A stretch of DNA of 64,000 bases from Trueperaceae bacterium (GTDB lineage: Bacteria; Deinococcota; Deinococci; Deinococcales; Trueperaceae). This document shows positions 9,117 through 18,718 of the stretch, in pieces (position 1 is the first letter of the stretch; each line of letters begins with the position of its first letter). Below the pieces are notes generated by a model. The model saw only the letters and a list, made by a program, of their open reading frames with translations, was not told where the DNA came from and searched no databases. The DNA lies in the NCBI GenBank assembly GCA_965213925.1, contig OZ243927.1, positions 2,528,001 through 2,592,000 on the forward strand, in the 5' to 3' direction. The position numbers and the translations under genes were made by a program.

Positions 9117-9773
9117 TTGATGACTGATGTTAATTCCGCTCTCAGATACTTTGAAGAAGTCAAGCAGAGAATTATTTTCTTACGCAACAACCGTCCTTTT
9201 CGTTTCCTTAATACGAGTAGGCGAAATGCTGCTCGTTGGCTCGATGAGATGACCTGGTTCGAGGGGTTTTCGGAGAATGAAGTGGCGCAGTTGGAGTCTA
9301 CGCTCAAGGTCAAATTTCCAATCTTCTTCAAGTTGTTTTTAGGTGAATTTGGAAAGTCGCTACATACTTTCATTCCTTTTCGGGGGCTCGACGTTGGTTC
9401 GGGCGACTATCTATCACGCTACCAAGAAGCCCAAGACCTCTTGGAAGAATGTGAGGTTGCCTCCTTCTTGACGCCGGACACTGTTGTTTTCTGGTTTCGT
9501 CAAGGCTATTCTTTCAACTACTTTATAGCGAAAGAAGTATTCGACGTACCTATTCTTCAATATGTAGAATGCGACGAAACGCCTCGAGAGGTGTTTGGCA
9601 GTTTTGCGGAATTTCTAGAGGCTCACTTACGATACGCGGAAGAGGGATACCAGCAGTCTATAGAAGGAGGTGGACACTTTTTAACTGTGAGTGACGTGGG
9701 TTATTCGATTAGCCGTCCCGCTAAGAATAGAAATCAGCGCCCTTTAGACTTTGAAGACCGATTCATTGATTAG
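9117..9773 (+). CDS. SMI1/KNR4 (SUKH) family protein, putative immunity protein
   Basis: G.SE.E...LE..L...FP..FK.FL...G pattern, QGY and SFAEFL motifs; low GC. Confidence 0.75.
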   Translation: MMTDVNSALRYFEEVKQRIIFLRNNRPFRFLNTSRRNAARWLDEMTWFEGFSENEVAQLESTLKVKFPIFFKLFLGEFGKSLHTFIPFRGLDVGSGDYLSRYQEAQDLLEECEVASFLTPDTVVFWFRQGYSFNYFIAKEVFDVPILQYVECDETPREVFGSFAEFLEAHLRYAEEGYQQSIEGGGHFLTVSDVGYSISRPAKNRNQRPLDFEDRFID

Positions 9774-9821
9774 TTTGGATGTAGCACTTTCCCATTGTTC
9801 CGTACAGTTTACAATCTTGCC

Positions 9822-10511
9822 TCATCTATCCACCAAAAACGGATACGGATTCACCGCGTCCCAGTCGCACGACTCGTACGAGCCACCGTACATCCCTAGA
9901 TGCAGATGGGGCGGCGTCGTGACAGCGTTACCTGTATTGCCGACATAGCCCAAAAGCGTCTCCGCCGTCACATACTGACCTTCTTGCAAATCTGGCGCGA
10001 AGCTGTCCAAGTGCGCGTAGTAGTAACGAATCCCGCCCCCGCCGATGACGACGACGACGTTGCCCCCGAGCGGGTTCTCCCCAATGCGGTAGATGTAGCC
10101 CTGCGTCGCTGAGTAAATCGGCGTGCCGCGCGGCGCGAAGATGTCTTGCCCTTCGTGGGTGCGCCCTTCGCTGCGGGCTGCGCCCCAGGTATCCGTGACT
10201 TGACCTACGGTGACGCCTTCGACGGGCATCAGGAGGGCGTCGGCGGGTTGTAAGGGGACGCTCGAGAAGTAGAGCGGCAGCAATTCCTGGTAGCGCCGCC
10301 GCGTCTCCAACTCCTGCTCCCAGTCGCCGCCCCGTTCGCGTATCCGCGCCTCGCGCTCCTCGTCCACCGGACAGGTGATGGCGGCGATCTCTTCAGCCCT
10401 CGGGTTGTCGAAGCCGTTCTCCACCTCTTCGGGCGCAGCTTGAGAAAAGGTGAAAGAGGAGAGGAGGAGTAGAAGGGATAAGTAGGTGAGGCGCAGCGTT
10501 TTGTGGCACAT
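9822..10511 (-). CDS. M23 family metallopeptidase
   Basis: HEGQD, YYAHL, GNTGNA and PHLH motifs; signal peptide; TAAAAT 5 nt before the ATG. Confidence 0.92.
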   Translation of the reverse strand: MCHKTLRLTYLSLLLLLSSFTFSQAAPEEVENGFDNPRAEEIAAITCPVDEEREARIRERGGDWEQELETRRRYQELLPLYFSSVPLQPADALLMPVEGVTVGQVTDTWGAARSEGRTHEGQDIFAPRGTPIYSATQGYIYRIGENPLGGNVVVVIGGGGIRYYYAHLDSFAPDLQEGQYVTAETLLGYVGNTGNAVTTPPHLHLGMYGGSYESCDWDAVNPYPFLVDR

Positions 10512-10599
10512 GACCGATTTTACGGTAGAGCTGTCGGAGGTGTGGAGGCTCCGGGCTACTTCATGAAGGTCGCCCAGCGCCTAGAGCCGTTCGGACGCC

Positions 10600-10638
10600 A
10601 AGCGAAAACCCGCTCCGAGGTGGAGCGGGTTTTCGCTT
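10600..10638. terminator. Intrinsic terminator hairpin
   Basis: AAGCGAAAACCCGCTCC-GAGGT-GGAGCGGGTTTTCGCTT perfect 17-bp stem. Confidence 0.8.
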
Positions 10639-10668
10639 ATAGAAAAACTGTGATCAGGGGTGCTGCGC

Positions 10669-11460
10669 TTAACCGAAGAGTTTCCACCAAGGCTTCTTCT
10701 GGGTCGCCTCTTCAAGTTCCGCTTTGAGCCCGTCGATCTGCGCTTTTGCCTTCTCCAAAAGACCACGCTGGCGGGTGATTTCGGCTTTGGCTTTCTCCAA
10801 CTTCGCCTTGACCTTGTCGTTCTCGTCCTTGAGCGCACCCTGGTTTGAGGCGGCGGACTTAGCCTGCTCGAGGTCGCTCTTGAGTTGGCTCTGCTCACCC
10901 TGGAGCTTGCTGACTTGGCTCTCTAGCTGCGACTTTTCGCTCTGGAGGCTCGAGACCTGCCCGGCAACCTGGCTCTGCTGCGCTTGAGCGTTCTTAAGGC
11001 TCTGCACCTCTCCTTTGAGGCGCTCGATTTCGTTGAGGGCCGCTTGATACTCGGCGCTACTGATGCCGCTGCTAGGCGCACTGGCGGGTGCGCTAGAAAT
11101 AGGCGCGGGCGCAGGCGTCGGCTCGTCCAACGTGACAGCGTCGAGCAGTGCGTCGCTCGGCGCATCGGGCGCGTCGCCCCAGGAGATTTCCTCGTCGGCT
11201 CCGGAGGGGGCTCCGCTGCTGGCTCTTTCCGCTTCGAACGCCTTGATGTCCTCTTCGGGCCAGGCTTCCATGCCTTCGGGGGTAGGTTCGGCGGTGGGGT
11301 TGACGGACTCTTCGCCGGCCATCACTTTAGCGAGATAGGTCAAAACGTCTTTCTCGACGACGCTGCCTTCGGGTCCGGTGCCTTGCAGAACACGCCAGTC
11401 GACGTTGTTCTCCTCGGCAAGCTGTTTGGCTAGGGGGGCAATTGTAGGTTCGCTCATCAC
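10669..11460 (-). CDS. E3-binding (PSBD) domain protein with acidic linker, coiled coil and C-terminal KKPWWKLFG
   Basis: IAPLAKQLAEENNVD...GTGPEG.V...DV matches the peripheral-subunit-binding domain; heptad-rich C-terminal half. Confidence 0.8.
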   Translation of the reverse strand: MMSEPTIAPLAKQLAEENNVDWRVLQGTGPEGSVVEKDVLTYLAKVMAGEESVNPTAEPTPEGMEAWPEEDIKAFEAERASSGAPSGADEEISWGDAPDAPSDALLDAVTLDEPTPAPAPISSAPASAPSSGISSAEYQAALNEIERLKGEVQSLKNAQAQQSQVAGQVSSLQSEKSQLESQVSKLQGEQSQLKSDLEQAKSAASNQGALKDENDKVKAKLEKAKAEITRQRGLLEKAKAQIDGLKAELEEATQKKPWWKLFG

Positions 11461-11774
11461 GCTTTACTATTCTCTGTAGAAGGTGCGGGGTGCTATCTAA
11501 TTTTTTACATCTGCGTCGTTGACGCCTTGAAGGGTGATTCGAGTTATGAGTCACCCTGATACGTGCAGAGCGTGGGTTCATAACCTGTAACAGACCTCAT
11601 TCTAGCCTCCGTCATTACGCTACCCGCTGTCGAAATCTCTCGTATTTTTAAGGTCACGTCAGTTCATACACAAAACAAAATTGCGTTGTTGTAAAACGCA
11701 CTGGGCGTCACAAACCTTTCCCTCCCAGTGCAGTACCTTTGAACGAAGTTTGCAGGGAAAGAGGAGGGATAGGT

Positions 11775-13124
11775 ATGGGTACTGTTGCACTTATCGCGGT
11801 TGCCGTATCGGGAATTGCCATCTTGCTGGTGCTGGTTGCGGTGGTGAAGCTCGAGGCGTTCGTCAGCCTGATTCTCACGAGCATGATCGTCGCTCTGCTA
11901 GCGGGTATTCCGCTGACTGAAATCATCGGTGCGATTGAAGACGGGATGGGCGGCACGCTCGGCGCGATCGCCATCATCATAGGTTTCGGCGCGATGTTCG
12001 GCGAGATGCTGCGCGTGTCAGGGGGGACGCGGCAGCTCGCTACCACGCTGGTGGACAGTTTTGGCGAGCAGTGGGCTCCTTGGGCGATGGGGCTCACGGG
12101 CTTCTTGGTTTCCATCTCGGTCTTCTTCGACGTCGGACTTATCGTGCTCTTACCTCTCGCTTACAGCCTGACACAGCGTTCAGGTCGCTCGCTCCTCTAC
12201 TACGCGCTGCCCCTCGCCGCCGGGCTCGCTGCCACGCACGGCTACATCCCGCCGACGCCCGGTCCGACGGCGATTGCCGCTGAGCTGAACGTGGACCTGG
12301 GCTGGGTCATCCTCTTCGGCGTTATCGCAGGCGTGCCTGCGCTCGGGTTAGGCGGCATCGTCTTTAGCCGCTTTATCGCGGAGCGTATCCACGTGCCCGT
12401 ACCAGAAAATGTGCGTGAAGACGAAGAGGAGTCGGCGGAGAACCCCGACCCGCCGAGTTTTGGGCTCATCATCTCGCTGATTCTCTTTCCGCTCGTGCTC
12501 ATTTTGATCGGAACGCTGACGGGTGTGGCGCTGCCGGAAGGGTCGGCGGTGCGCAACTTTTTCGCCTTTGCAGGGCATCCCTTCACGGCGCTGCTCCTCG
12601 CGTCTATCCTCGTCTTCTACGTCCTCGGCGTGCGGCGTGGTCGCTCGATGGAAGAGGTTCAGAAGATTGCGACCAAGTCTCTGGAGCCCGTCGCTTTGGT
12701 TCTCCTCGTTACAGGTGCAGGCGGCGTCTTCGGCAGCGTGCTGCAAGAGAGCGGCGTCGGCGAAGCCATCGCCAACCTCATGTCCGGCTCGGGCTTGCCG
12801 CCTATTCTGCTCGCCTTTTTGATCGCCACGATGGTGCGCGTGGCGCAGGGCTCTGCGACCGTTTCGATGGTCACGGCGGCGGGGCTGGTCGCGCCCGCCA
12901 TTCAGCAGCAGGGGTTGTCCGCGCCTGCCGTGGGGCTCATCGCCATCGCCATTGCGTCCGGCGCAACCGTGCTCAGTCACGTGAACGACTCCGGCTTCTG
13001 GCTCGTCAACCGCTTTTTGGATATGTCGGTGGCAGACACGCTCAAGTCGTGGACGGTGTCGGTGACGATCGTCGGCGTCACAGGTTTCTTAGTGGTATTC
13101 GTGCTGAGCTTTTTCATTCAGTAG
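11775..13124 (+). CDS. gntP: GntP family permease (gluconate:H+ symporter-like)
   Basis: FFDVG, PPTPGP, AQGSATV and SHVNDSGFW motifs; start placed at the ATG after GGAGG. Confidence 0.9.
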   Translation: MGTVALIAVAVSGIAILLVLVAVVKLEAFVSLILTSMIVALLAGIPLTEIIGAIEDGMGGTLGAIAIIIGFGAMFGEMLRVSGGTRQLATTLVDSFGEQWAPWAMGLTGFLVSISVFFDVGLIVLLPLAYSLTQRSGRSLLYYALPLAAGLAATHGYIPPTPGPTAIAAELNVDLGWVILFGVIAGVPALGLGGIVFSRFIAERIHVPVPENVREDEEESAENPDPPSFGLIISLILFPLVLILIGTLTGVALPEGSAVRNFFAFAGHPFTALLLASILVFYVLGVRRGRSMEEVQKIATKSLEPVALVLLVTGAGGVFGSVLQESGVGEAIANLMSGSGLPPILLAFLIATMVRVAQGSATVSMVTAAGLVAPAIQQQGLSAPAVGLIAIAIASGATVLSHVNDSGFWLVNRFLDMSVADTLKSWTVSVTIVGVTGFLVVFVLSFFIQ

Positions 13125-13132
13125 AGATGGAA

Positions 13133-13160
13133 TAGAGAGGTCTTATTGACCTCTTCTTTT
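13133..13160 (+). terminator. Intrinsic terminator after the permease
   Basis: GAGGTC-TTATT-GACCTC followed by TTCTTTT. Confidence 0.55.
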
Positions 13161-13199
13161 CCTTCGGTAGTGGCTCTATTCGGAACGGTGCCGAGGTTA

Positions 13200-13223
13200 A
13201 ACGAGAGGTTGCAATCCCTCGTT
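13200..13223. repeat. Variant of the 24-bp REP-like palindrome
   Basis: AACGAGAGGTTGCAATCCCTCGTT, with a compensatory A>G/T>C change relative to 673-696. Confidence 0.6.
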
Positions 13224-13366
13224 CATTACATATAAAGGGCGGAAGAAGCGCACATCAGCATTCGACTTGAAACCGCGACCCTTTGTTCAGATAAAGGTTA
13301 GGCAAACTTATGCAGGTTTTCCCCTGCGGGGTAAGGAGCTTACAATGAGGTGTTAAAGGAGACACC

Positions 13367-14026
13367 TTGCACCTCTACCTCATTCGTCACGCTCAAAGCT
13401 ACGTCAACTTGCCCGACTGGGCGGAAGGCAACAAGGACGCCGCCCTCACCGACTTGGGGCGCGAACAAGCTGAAGCTTTAGCCCGCAGGTTCTTACAAGA
13501 GGTCACACTTGTGGACGCCCTCTACGCGAGCGACATGGCGCGGGCTAAAGAAACCGCCGAAATGCTAGCCGCGCCCTACAGACTTTCGCCCATCTTCGAT
13601 AGCCATCTGCGCGAAGTCGGTAACAACCGCCGCGACCACACGCCCTATCCTGTGGACGACTTACCGGAGCGTTACGCCGAGTTTTGGGGCAGCTCGAGAC
13701 CCTTCAGTGCCCTTATGCCGGGCGCGGAGGCGGGCGAGTCGTGGATGCACGCGCGGATGCGGGTCGGGCAGTTTTTAGAAACGCTCGTCGAGCGGCATTA
13801 CAGACCCATGGGCGCAAAGCCAGAGGGCGACACGGTCATCGCGGTCTGTCACGGCGGCGTCATCGAGGCGGCGGTCAGCCACGTCTTCAATATCGGACAC
13901 CGCCAACACTGCGAGGTGTGGTCGCATAACACCGGGGTGACGCGGCTCGAGTACGTCAACCATCCGGACCGCGAACGGTGGCGGCTGCGTTACCTGAACC
14001 GCATTGATCATCTTGCAGCAATTTAG
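13367..14026 (+). CDS. Histidine phosphatase (phosphoglycerate mutase) family protein
   Basis: LIRHA, SD..RA.ETA, LRE and CHGG motifs. Confidence 0.9.
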   Translation: MHLYLIRHAQSYVNLPDWAEGNKDAALTDLGREQAEALARRFLQEVTLVDALYASDMARAKETAEMLAAPYRLSPIFDSHLREVGNNRRDHTPYPVDDLPERYAEFWGSSRPFSALMPGAEAGESWMHARMRVGQFLETLVERHYRPMGAKPEGDTVIAVCHGGVIEAAVSHVFNIGHRQHCEVWSHNTGVTRLEYVNHPDRERWRLRYLNRIDHLAAI

Positions 14027-14102
14027 TCTGATGTTCAGATTAGAAATTGGCTCTTGAACAGCGTTTCGTATCGGTTGGCCCGAGCATATTAGAAGACAAA
14101 GA

Positions 14103-14137
14103 CAACCCCCCCCTCGAGGCTGAGGGGGGTTGCAAAA
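14103..14137. terminator. Bidirectional terminator between convergent genes
   Basis: CAACCCCCC...GGGGGTTG stem. Confidence 0.6.
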
Positions 14138-14179
14138 CTTAGCGAGTTGAGTGAGGCTCGAGCCTAGCCTTTCAACGAC

Positions 14180-15469
14180 TCAGTGAAACTGCTCCGCTTC
14201 CGTCGAACCGACCAGTGCCGCTGTGGACGCCTTACCGCCCGTCGCAACATTCAAGACCTTGTCGAAGTACCCCGTCCCCGACTCGCGCTGGTGCTTCGTC
14301 GCGGTGTACCCGTCGGCTTCGCGAGCGAACTCCTCCTCTTGCAAAGCGACGTAGGCGCTCATGCCTTCTTGCGCGTAGCCTTTGGCAAGCTCAAAGGTGC
14401 GCAGGTTGATGGTGTGCCAGCCCGCCAAGGTGATGAACTGGAACTTGTAGCCCATCTCCCCGAGTTCACGTTGGAACTTAGCGATCGTCTCGTCGTCCAG
14501 GTGCTTTTTCCAATTAAAGGACGGCGAGCAGTTGTAGGCGAGCATCTGGTCGGGGTACTCGGCGTGAATGGCATGAGCGAATTCCCTCGCCTCGTCCAAG
14601 TTTGGCGTCGAGGTCTCCATCCATAAGAGGTCTACGTAAGGCGCGTACTCCAGCGAGCGCTTGATACACGCCTCGATGCCCGGTTTGACGTAGAAGTAAC
14701 CCTCAGGCGTGCGCTCGCCGGTTAGGAACTCGTGGTCGCGCTCGTCCACGTCACTGGTCATGAGCGTGGCGGCGTGCGCGTCGGTGCGGGCGACGAGCAT
14801 GGTCGGCACGTCGCACACGTCGGCGGCTAAACGTGCGGCGGCGAGGGTGCGCAAAAAGGTCGAAGTCGGTACTAAGACCTTACCGCCCAAATGTCCGCAC
14901 TTCTTCTCAGACGCAAGTTGGTCTTCAAAGTGAACGCCCGCCGCGCCCGCCTCGATCATGCCCTTCATCAGTTCAAAGGCGTTGAGCGGTCCACCGAAGC
15001 CCGCTTCGGCGTCCGCCACGATGGGTGCGTACCAGTGGAGGTCGTCGTTGACACCGTCCAGTTTGCTGATTTGATCGGCGCGGGTCAGCGCGTTGTTGAT
15101 GCGCTTCACCACAGCGGGCACGCTGTTCGCCGGGTAGAGGCTCTGGTCGGGATAAGTCTGCCCGGCTAAGTTCATGTCGCCCGCAACCTGCCAGCCCGAG
15201 AGGTAAATCGCTTGGAGCCCGGCGCGGACCATCTGCACGGCTTGCGTGCCGGTGAGTGCGCCGAAGGTGTTCACGTAATCTTCGCTGTGCAAGAGGTCCC
15301 AGAGCCGCTCTGCGCCGTGGCGGGCGAGCGAGTGCTCAATGTGAACGGACGGGCGGAGTTGCATGACCTCTTCGGCGCTGTAGTCGCGCTTGACGCCTTT
15401 CCAGCGGGGGTCGGTGTCCCAGAGGTTCTTGAGGTCTTGCGCGTTTTGCGTTGCGTTGCTCATGCTCAT
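14180..15469 (-). CDS. aceA: Isocitrate lyase
   Basis: KKCGH catalytic motif, [15 protein letters not shown] and YNCSPSFNW; start after AAGGAG. Confidence 0.97.
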   Translation of the reverse strand: MSMSNATQNAQDLKNLWDTDPRWKGVKRDYSAEEVMQLRPSVHIEHSLARHGAERLWDLLHSEDYVNTFGALTGTQAVQMVRAGLQAIYLSGWQVAGDMNLAGQTYPDQSLYPANSVPAVVKRINNALTRADQISKLDGVNDDLHWYAPIVADAEAGFGGPLNAFELMKGMIEAGAAGVHFEDQLASEKKCGHLGGKVLVPTSTFLRTLAAARLAADVCDVPTMLVARTDAHAATLMTSDVDERDHEFLTGERTPEGYFYVKPGIEACIKRSLEYAPYVDLLWMETSTPNLDEAREFAHAIHAEYPDQMLAYNCSPSFNWKKHLDDETIAKFQRELGEMGYKFQFITLAGWHTINLRTFELAKGYAQEGMSAYVALQEEEFAREADGYTATKHQRESGTGYFDKVLNVATGGKASTAALVGSTEAEQFH

Positions 15470-15661
15470 TTTGTTCTCCTTTGAGGCGAGTTTACTTTGA
15501 AAGTACACAAGTGTTCAGTACGTTTGTCACGCAGATGAATGCGAGTCGTTCATTAAGTTGAAGGCGTCAAACACCTACCTTTTAGGATTTTTGAGACATA
15601 AAGCCCCCAGTATCTCAAAGTGAGACGAAAAAAGCGTCGGAAGTTTTAGGGATTTAGGAAA

Positions 15662-15702
15662 AGCCTGACCTCTTAGTAGAGGCGGAGTTGAGAGGTCAGG
15701 CT
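15662..15702 (-). terminator. Hairpin downstream of aceB
   Basis: AGCCTGACCTCT...AGAGGTCAGGCT inverted repeat. Confidence 0.55.
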
Positions 15703-15722
15703 CGAGCGGTCAGTTTAGGTTA

Positions 15723-17291
15723 TCAGTCCAAATAGTCATACGCCTTGAGCGTAAGGAAGGTGCGGAAGTAATCGCTCTTGACAAGGTCGTCGAGAATTTC
15801 AGCGGCGCTTTGGAGATGATCGCCCTCCAACTTCTCCAGCTCCTCTTTCTTCACGCGCTCGTAGAGGTCTTCACTCATCGTTTCGCCGCTTTCCAAGGTC
15901 GCCCCGTGATGGAGCCACTGCCAGAGCTGCGCCCGGCTGATCTCGGCGGTCGCTGCGTCCTCCATGAGGTTAAAAATCGCCGCCGCGCCCGTCCCTGAGA
16001 GCCACGCATTGATGTACTGGAGCGCTACGCTCACGTTCTGCCGAACGCCCGCCTCACTGATGGACGCGCCTTCGATGTTCGTGTTGATGAGGTCTTGGGC
16101 GCTCACCGATACCTCGTCACGCTGCCGCTCGACTTGGTTGGGCTCATCCCCTAAGACCGCGTCGAACTGCTCTTTAGCGGTAGGAATCAAGCCGGGGTGC
16201 GCGACCCACGTGCCGTCGCAGCCTGCCTCGGCTTCGCGCTTTTTGTCCTCGGCGACTTTCGAAAGTGCGTTTTCCGTCACTTCGGGGTCATCGCGGCTCG
16301 GGATGAACGCCGCCATGCCGCCAATGGCGTGAGCGCCGCGCTTGTGGCAGGTCTTGATCAGCAGCTCGGTGTAGGCGTGCATGAAGGGCACCGTCATCGT
16401 GACTTGACCTCTATCGGGCAAGATCATATCTTCGCGCTGGTGAAACGTCTTGATGAACGAGAAGATGTAGTCCCAACGCCCTGCGTTGAAGCCGGAGATG
16501 TGCTCGCGCAGTTCGTACAAAATCTCTTCCATCTGATACGAGGCGTGGATGGTTTCGATGAGGACTGTTGCGCGGACGCTGCCTCTCGGGATGCCGATGT
16601 CGTCTTGGGTGAAGTTGATGACGTCGTTCCAGAGGCGGGCTTCTTTGTAGTGCTCCAACTTAGGCAGATAAAAGTACGGTCCCGTGCCTCTATCCAACCG
16701 CTCCTGCGCGTTATGAAACATGTAGAGCCCGAAGTCGAACAAGCTCGCGGAGATGGGCTCGCCGTCCACTTCGTGATGTTTTTCAACTAAGTGCCACCCT
16801 CTCGGGCGCACTAAGAGCGTGGCGATGTCGTCTTCTAACTCGTAGGTTTTACCGCGCTCCTCGTCCTCGAGGCGTAACGTCTTACGCACCGCTTCCTTGA
16901 GGTTTTGCTGACCCACGACAACGTTCTCCCAGGTAGGGGAGAGGGCGTCCTCCAAATCCGCCATGAAGACTTGCGCCTTTGAGTTGAGCGCGTTGATGGT
17001 CATTTTGCGCTCGGCGGGTCCGGTGATCTCGACGCGGCGGTCTTTTAAGTCGTCCGGGCAAGGGGCGACCTGCCAATCGCCTTCGCGGACCTCTTTCGTT
17101 TCGTCTAAAAAGTCGGGCGTTTCACCGTTGTTAAAGGCTTCCTGCCGCTTCCCGCGCTCCTCTAAGAGTTCTTTGCGGCGTCCGTCAAATTCGCGGTGGA
17201 GCTTCTCTAAAAACGCTACCGCGTCGTCGGTCAGAATCTGACTCTTGATCTCGTTAAATTGGCTGTCGGTTTCGGCTGTAGCTTGCGCCAT
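15723..17291 (-). CDS. aceB: Malate synthase A
   Basis: [31 protein letters not shown] and [12 protein letters not shown] motifs. Confidence 0.97.
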   Translation of the reverse strand: MAQATAETDSQFNEIKSQILTDDAVAFLEKLHREFDGRRKELLEERGKRQEAFNNGETPDFLDETKEVREGDWQVAPCPDDLKDRRVEITGPAERKMTINALNSKAQVFMADLEDALSPTWENVVVGQQNLKEAVRKTLRLEDEERGKTYELEDDIATLLVRPRGWHLVEKHHEVDGEPISASLFDFGLYMFHNAQERLDRGTGPYFYLPKLEHYKEARLWNDVINFTQDDIGIPRGSVRATVLIETIHASYQMEEILYELREHISGFNAGRWDYIFSFIKTFHQREDMILPDRGQVTMTVPFMHAYTELLIKTCHKRGAHAIGGMAAFIPSRDDPEVTENALSKVAEDKKREAEAGCDGTWVAHPGLIPTAKEQFDAVLGDEPNQVERQRDEVSVSAQDLINTNIEGASISEAGVRQNVSVALQYINAWLSGTGAAAIFNLMEDAATAEISRAQLWQWLHHGATLESGETMSEDLYERVKKEELEKLEGDHLQSAAEILDDLVKSDYFRTFLTLKAYDYLD

Positions 17292-17487
17292 GAGCCCTCC
17301 CAGTGAGTCGTAGGTATAAATATCTATCTCGCTCTGCTCGGTTCACATCAGTACTCGCGTCTGGCGGAGCCAAACCTTGTCCAAAGCGACGCCAGTTCGA
17401 AGTGCCCTCAGTCAGTTCGCCACCCTCTATCATGCGCATCTGATGATACCTACGGGAAATCATCTCAGTGCCGCGGCGGTGTGCGTG

Positions 17488-17506
17488 ACTTAACAGTAAG
17501 TTAAGT
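17488..17506. promoter_or_regulatory. Candidate operator palindrome upstream of aceBA
   Basis: ACTTAAC-AGTAA-GTTAAGT perfect 7-5-7, overlapping a CATACT -10-like box on the minus strand. Confidence 0.45.
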
Positions 17507-17601
17507 ATGACCCATGAGGCAAGCGTGGTGTACGTGTAGTTGGAGGGTGTGTACACGTAGAGGCGGTGTAGAAAAAGGGCGGGTACACCGCGCGAGCCGA
17601 A

Positions 17602-18711
17602 TCACGACGGGTCTCCTCTGCCGAACGTCCGCTCGAACCCGTCACCGTCCTCGCCGAGCGGTGAGTCAGGGTCGGTACGACTTTCGTCTTGCGCGCTCGC
17701 TTGCGCCGTACCGAGAGGCTCGAGCCAGTCTTCTTGCAGCGCTTCGAAGTCGACGCTGCGCAGAATCTGCGCCCGTCCGCCCGCTTCGTGCGCGCCGTAC
17801 GAAGCGACCGGCGTGTCGGCAGGTCTGGCAGGTTCGTTGACCGGCTTGTTGACTGGTTTGTCGACCGGCTTACTTGCGGGCGCGTCATTCGTAGTAGGCG
17901 TATTAGTTACGCCTCGTGGTGGCTCCGGTTTAGAGGCGAAGCGCAGGGCGAGCCCGACGAAGGCGATGACCATACCCGCCGAAGCGAGGAGCAGCCAGCG
18001 TTCCTGCCGAAACGACGTGCGGATTTCAGGCAGCACGCCGCGTTCGGTGGCGCTAGCTTGGAGCGTAGGATCGTCCGCGATAACGTCGATGACGGGGCGG
18101 CGCTGGGTGGGGCTCGAGAAACGCCAAGGCGCAGCCTCCAATGCGACGCTGCGCCAGCCGTTCAGACTGAAGGGGTCGTAGCTGCCGACCACGCCGTAGA
18201 GGCTGAAACGTTCAGGCGTCGCCAGCGACGTCGTGACGAGCAGGGTGTTGCCCTCGCGTACGACGCGAGCGTTGAGAGCAGCGCTCGCATCGACCGGGGT
18301 CCCCTCTGCGTTAGGGGTAAAGACCCGCAAGCGCGTTCCTATGGTCTGAAAGGCGACCTCCCAGCCGCCGTCGGCGAGCTGCATGTCGGAGCCGGGGAGC
18401 AGCGTCTTCGCGCCGCCGGGCTCGCTGTCCAGGTAGATGTCGGCGATCGGCTGCGCGCTTGCGCCCTCTGGCGGGAGGGCGGCGAACTCGAGGCGAAAGG
18501 TGAAGGTCGGCGCATCTAAAACCGCGACGCTGCGCACATCGAAAAAGGCAGTGTTGAACCGCTCGGCGGTCGGCGAGGCGAGCGTGCCGTCGCCCACCGC
18601 GTCGCCGGGTGGGTCGGTGAGCGAGAGCAGCGTGGCGAAGGCGGCGGACGGCAGCGTGAGCGTGAGCGCTAGCGCATACCGCGCCCATCTGCGCGTCCAA
18701 AACATATTCAT
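17602..18711 (-). CDS. Secreted/membrane-anchored glucodextranase DOMON-like domain protein
   Basis: Signal peptide, DPPGDAVGDG and DIYLD motifs, one TM and a low-complexity tail. Confidence 0.65.
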   Translation of the reverse strand: MNMFWTRRWARYALALTLTLPSAAFATLLSLTDPPGDAVGDGTLASPTAERFNTAFFDVRSVAVLDAPTFTFRLEFAALPPEGASAQPIADIYLDSEPGGAKTLLPGSDMQLADGGWEVAFQTIGTRLRVFTPNAEGTPVDASAALNARVVREGNTLLVTTSLATPERFSLYGVVGSYDPFSLNGWRSVALEAAPWRFSSPTQRRPVIDVIADDPTLQASATERGVLPEIRTSFRQERWLLLASAGMVIAFVGLALRFASKPEPPRGVTNTPTTNDAPASKPVDKPVNKPVNEPARPADTPVASYGAHEAGGRAQILRSVDFEALQEDWLEPLGTAQASAQDESRTDPDSPLGEDGDGFERTFGRGDPS

Positions 18712-18718
18712 AGCACCT

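Noticed and set aside
17292..17480. Glycine riboswitch upstream of malate synthase
   Set aside because: Lacks the GGAGA / CCGAAG / CTCTCAGG consensus; kept only as an unclassified structured leader
17830..17875. 12-bp-period repeats in the DOMON-like gene
   Set aside because: Encode the KPVD/KPVN linker, an ordinary low-complexity coding repeat
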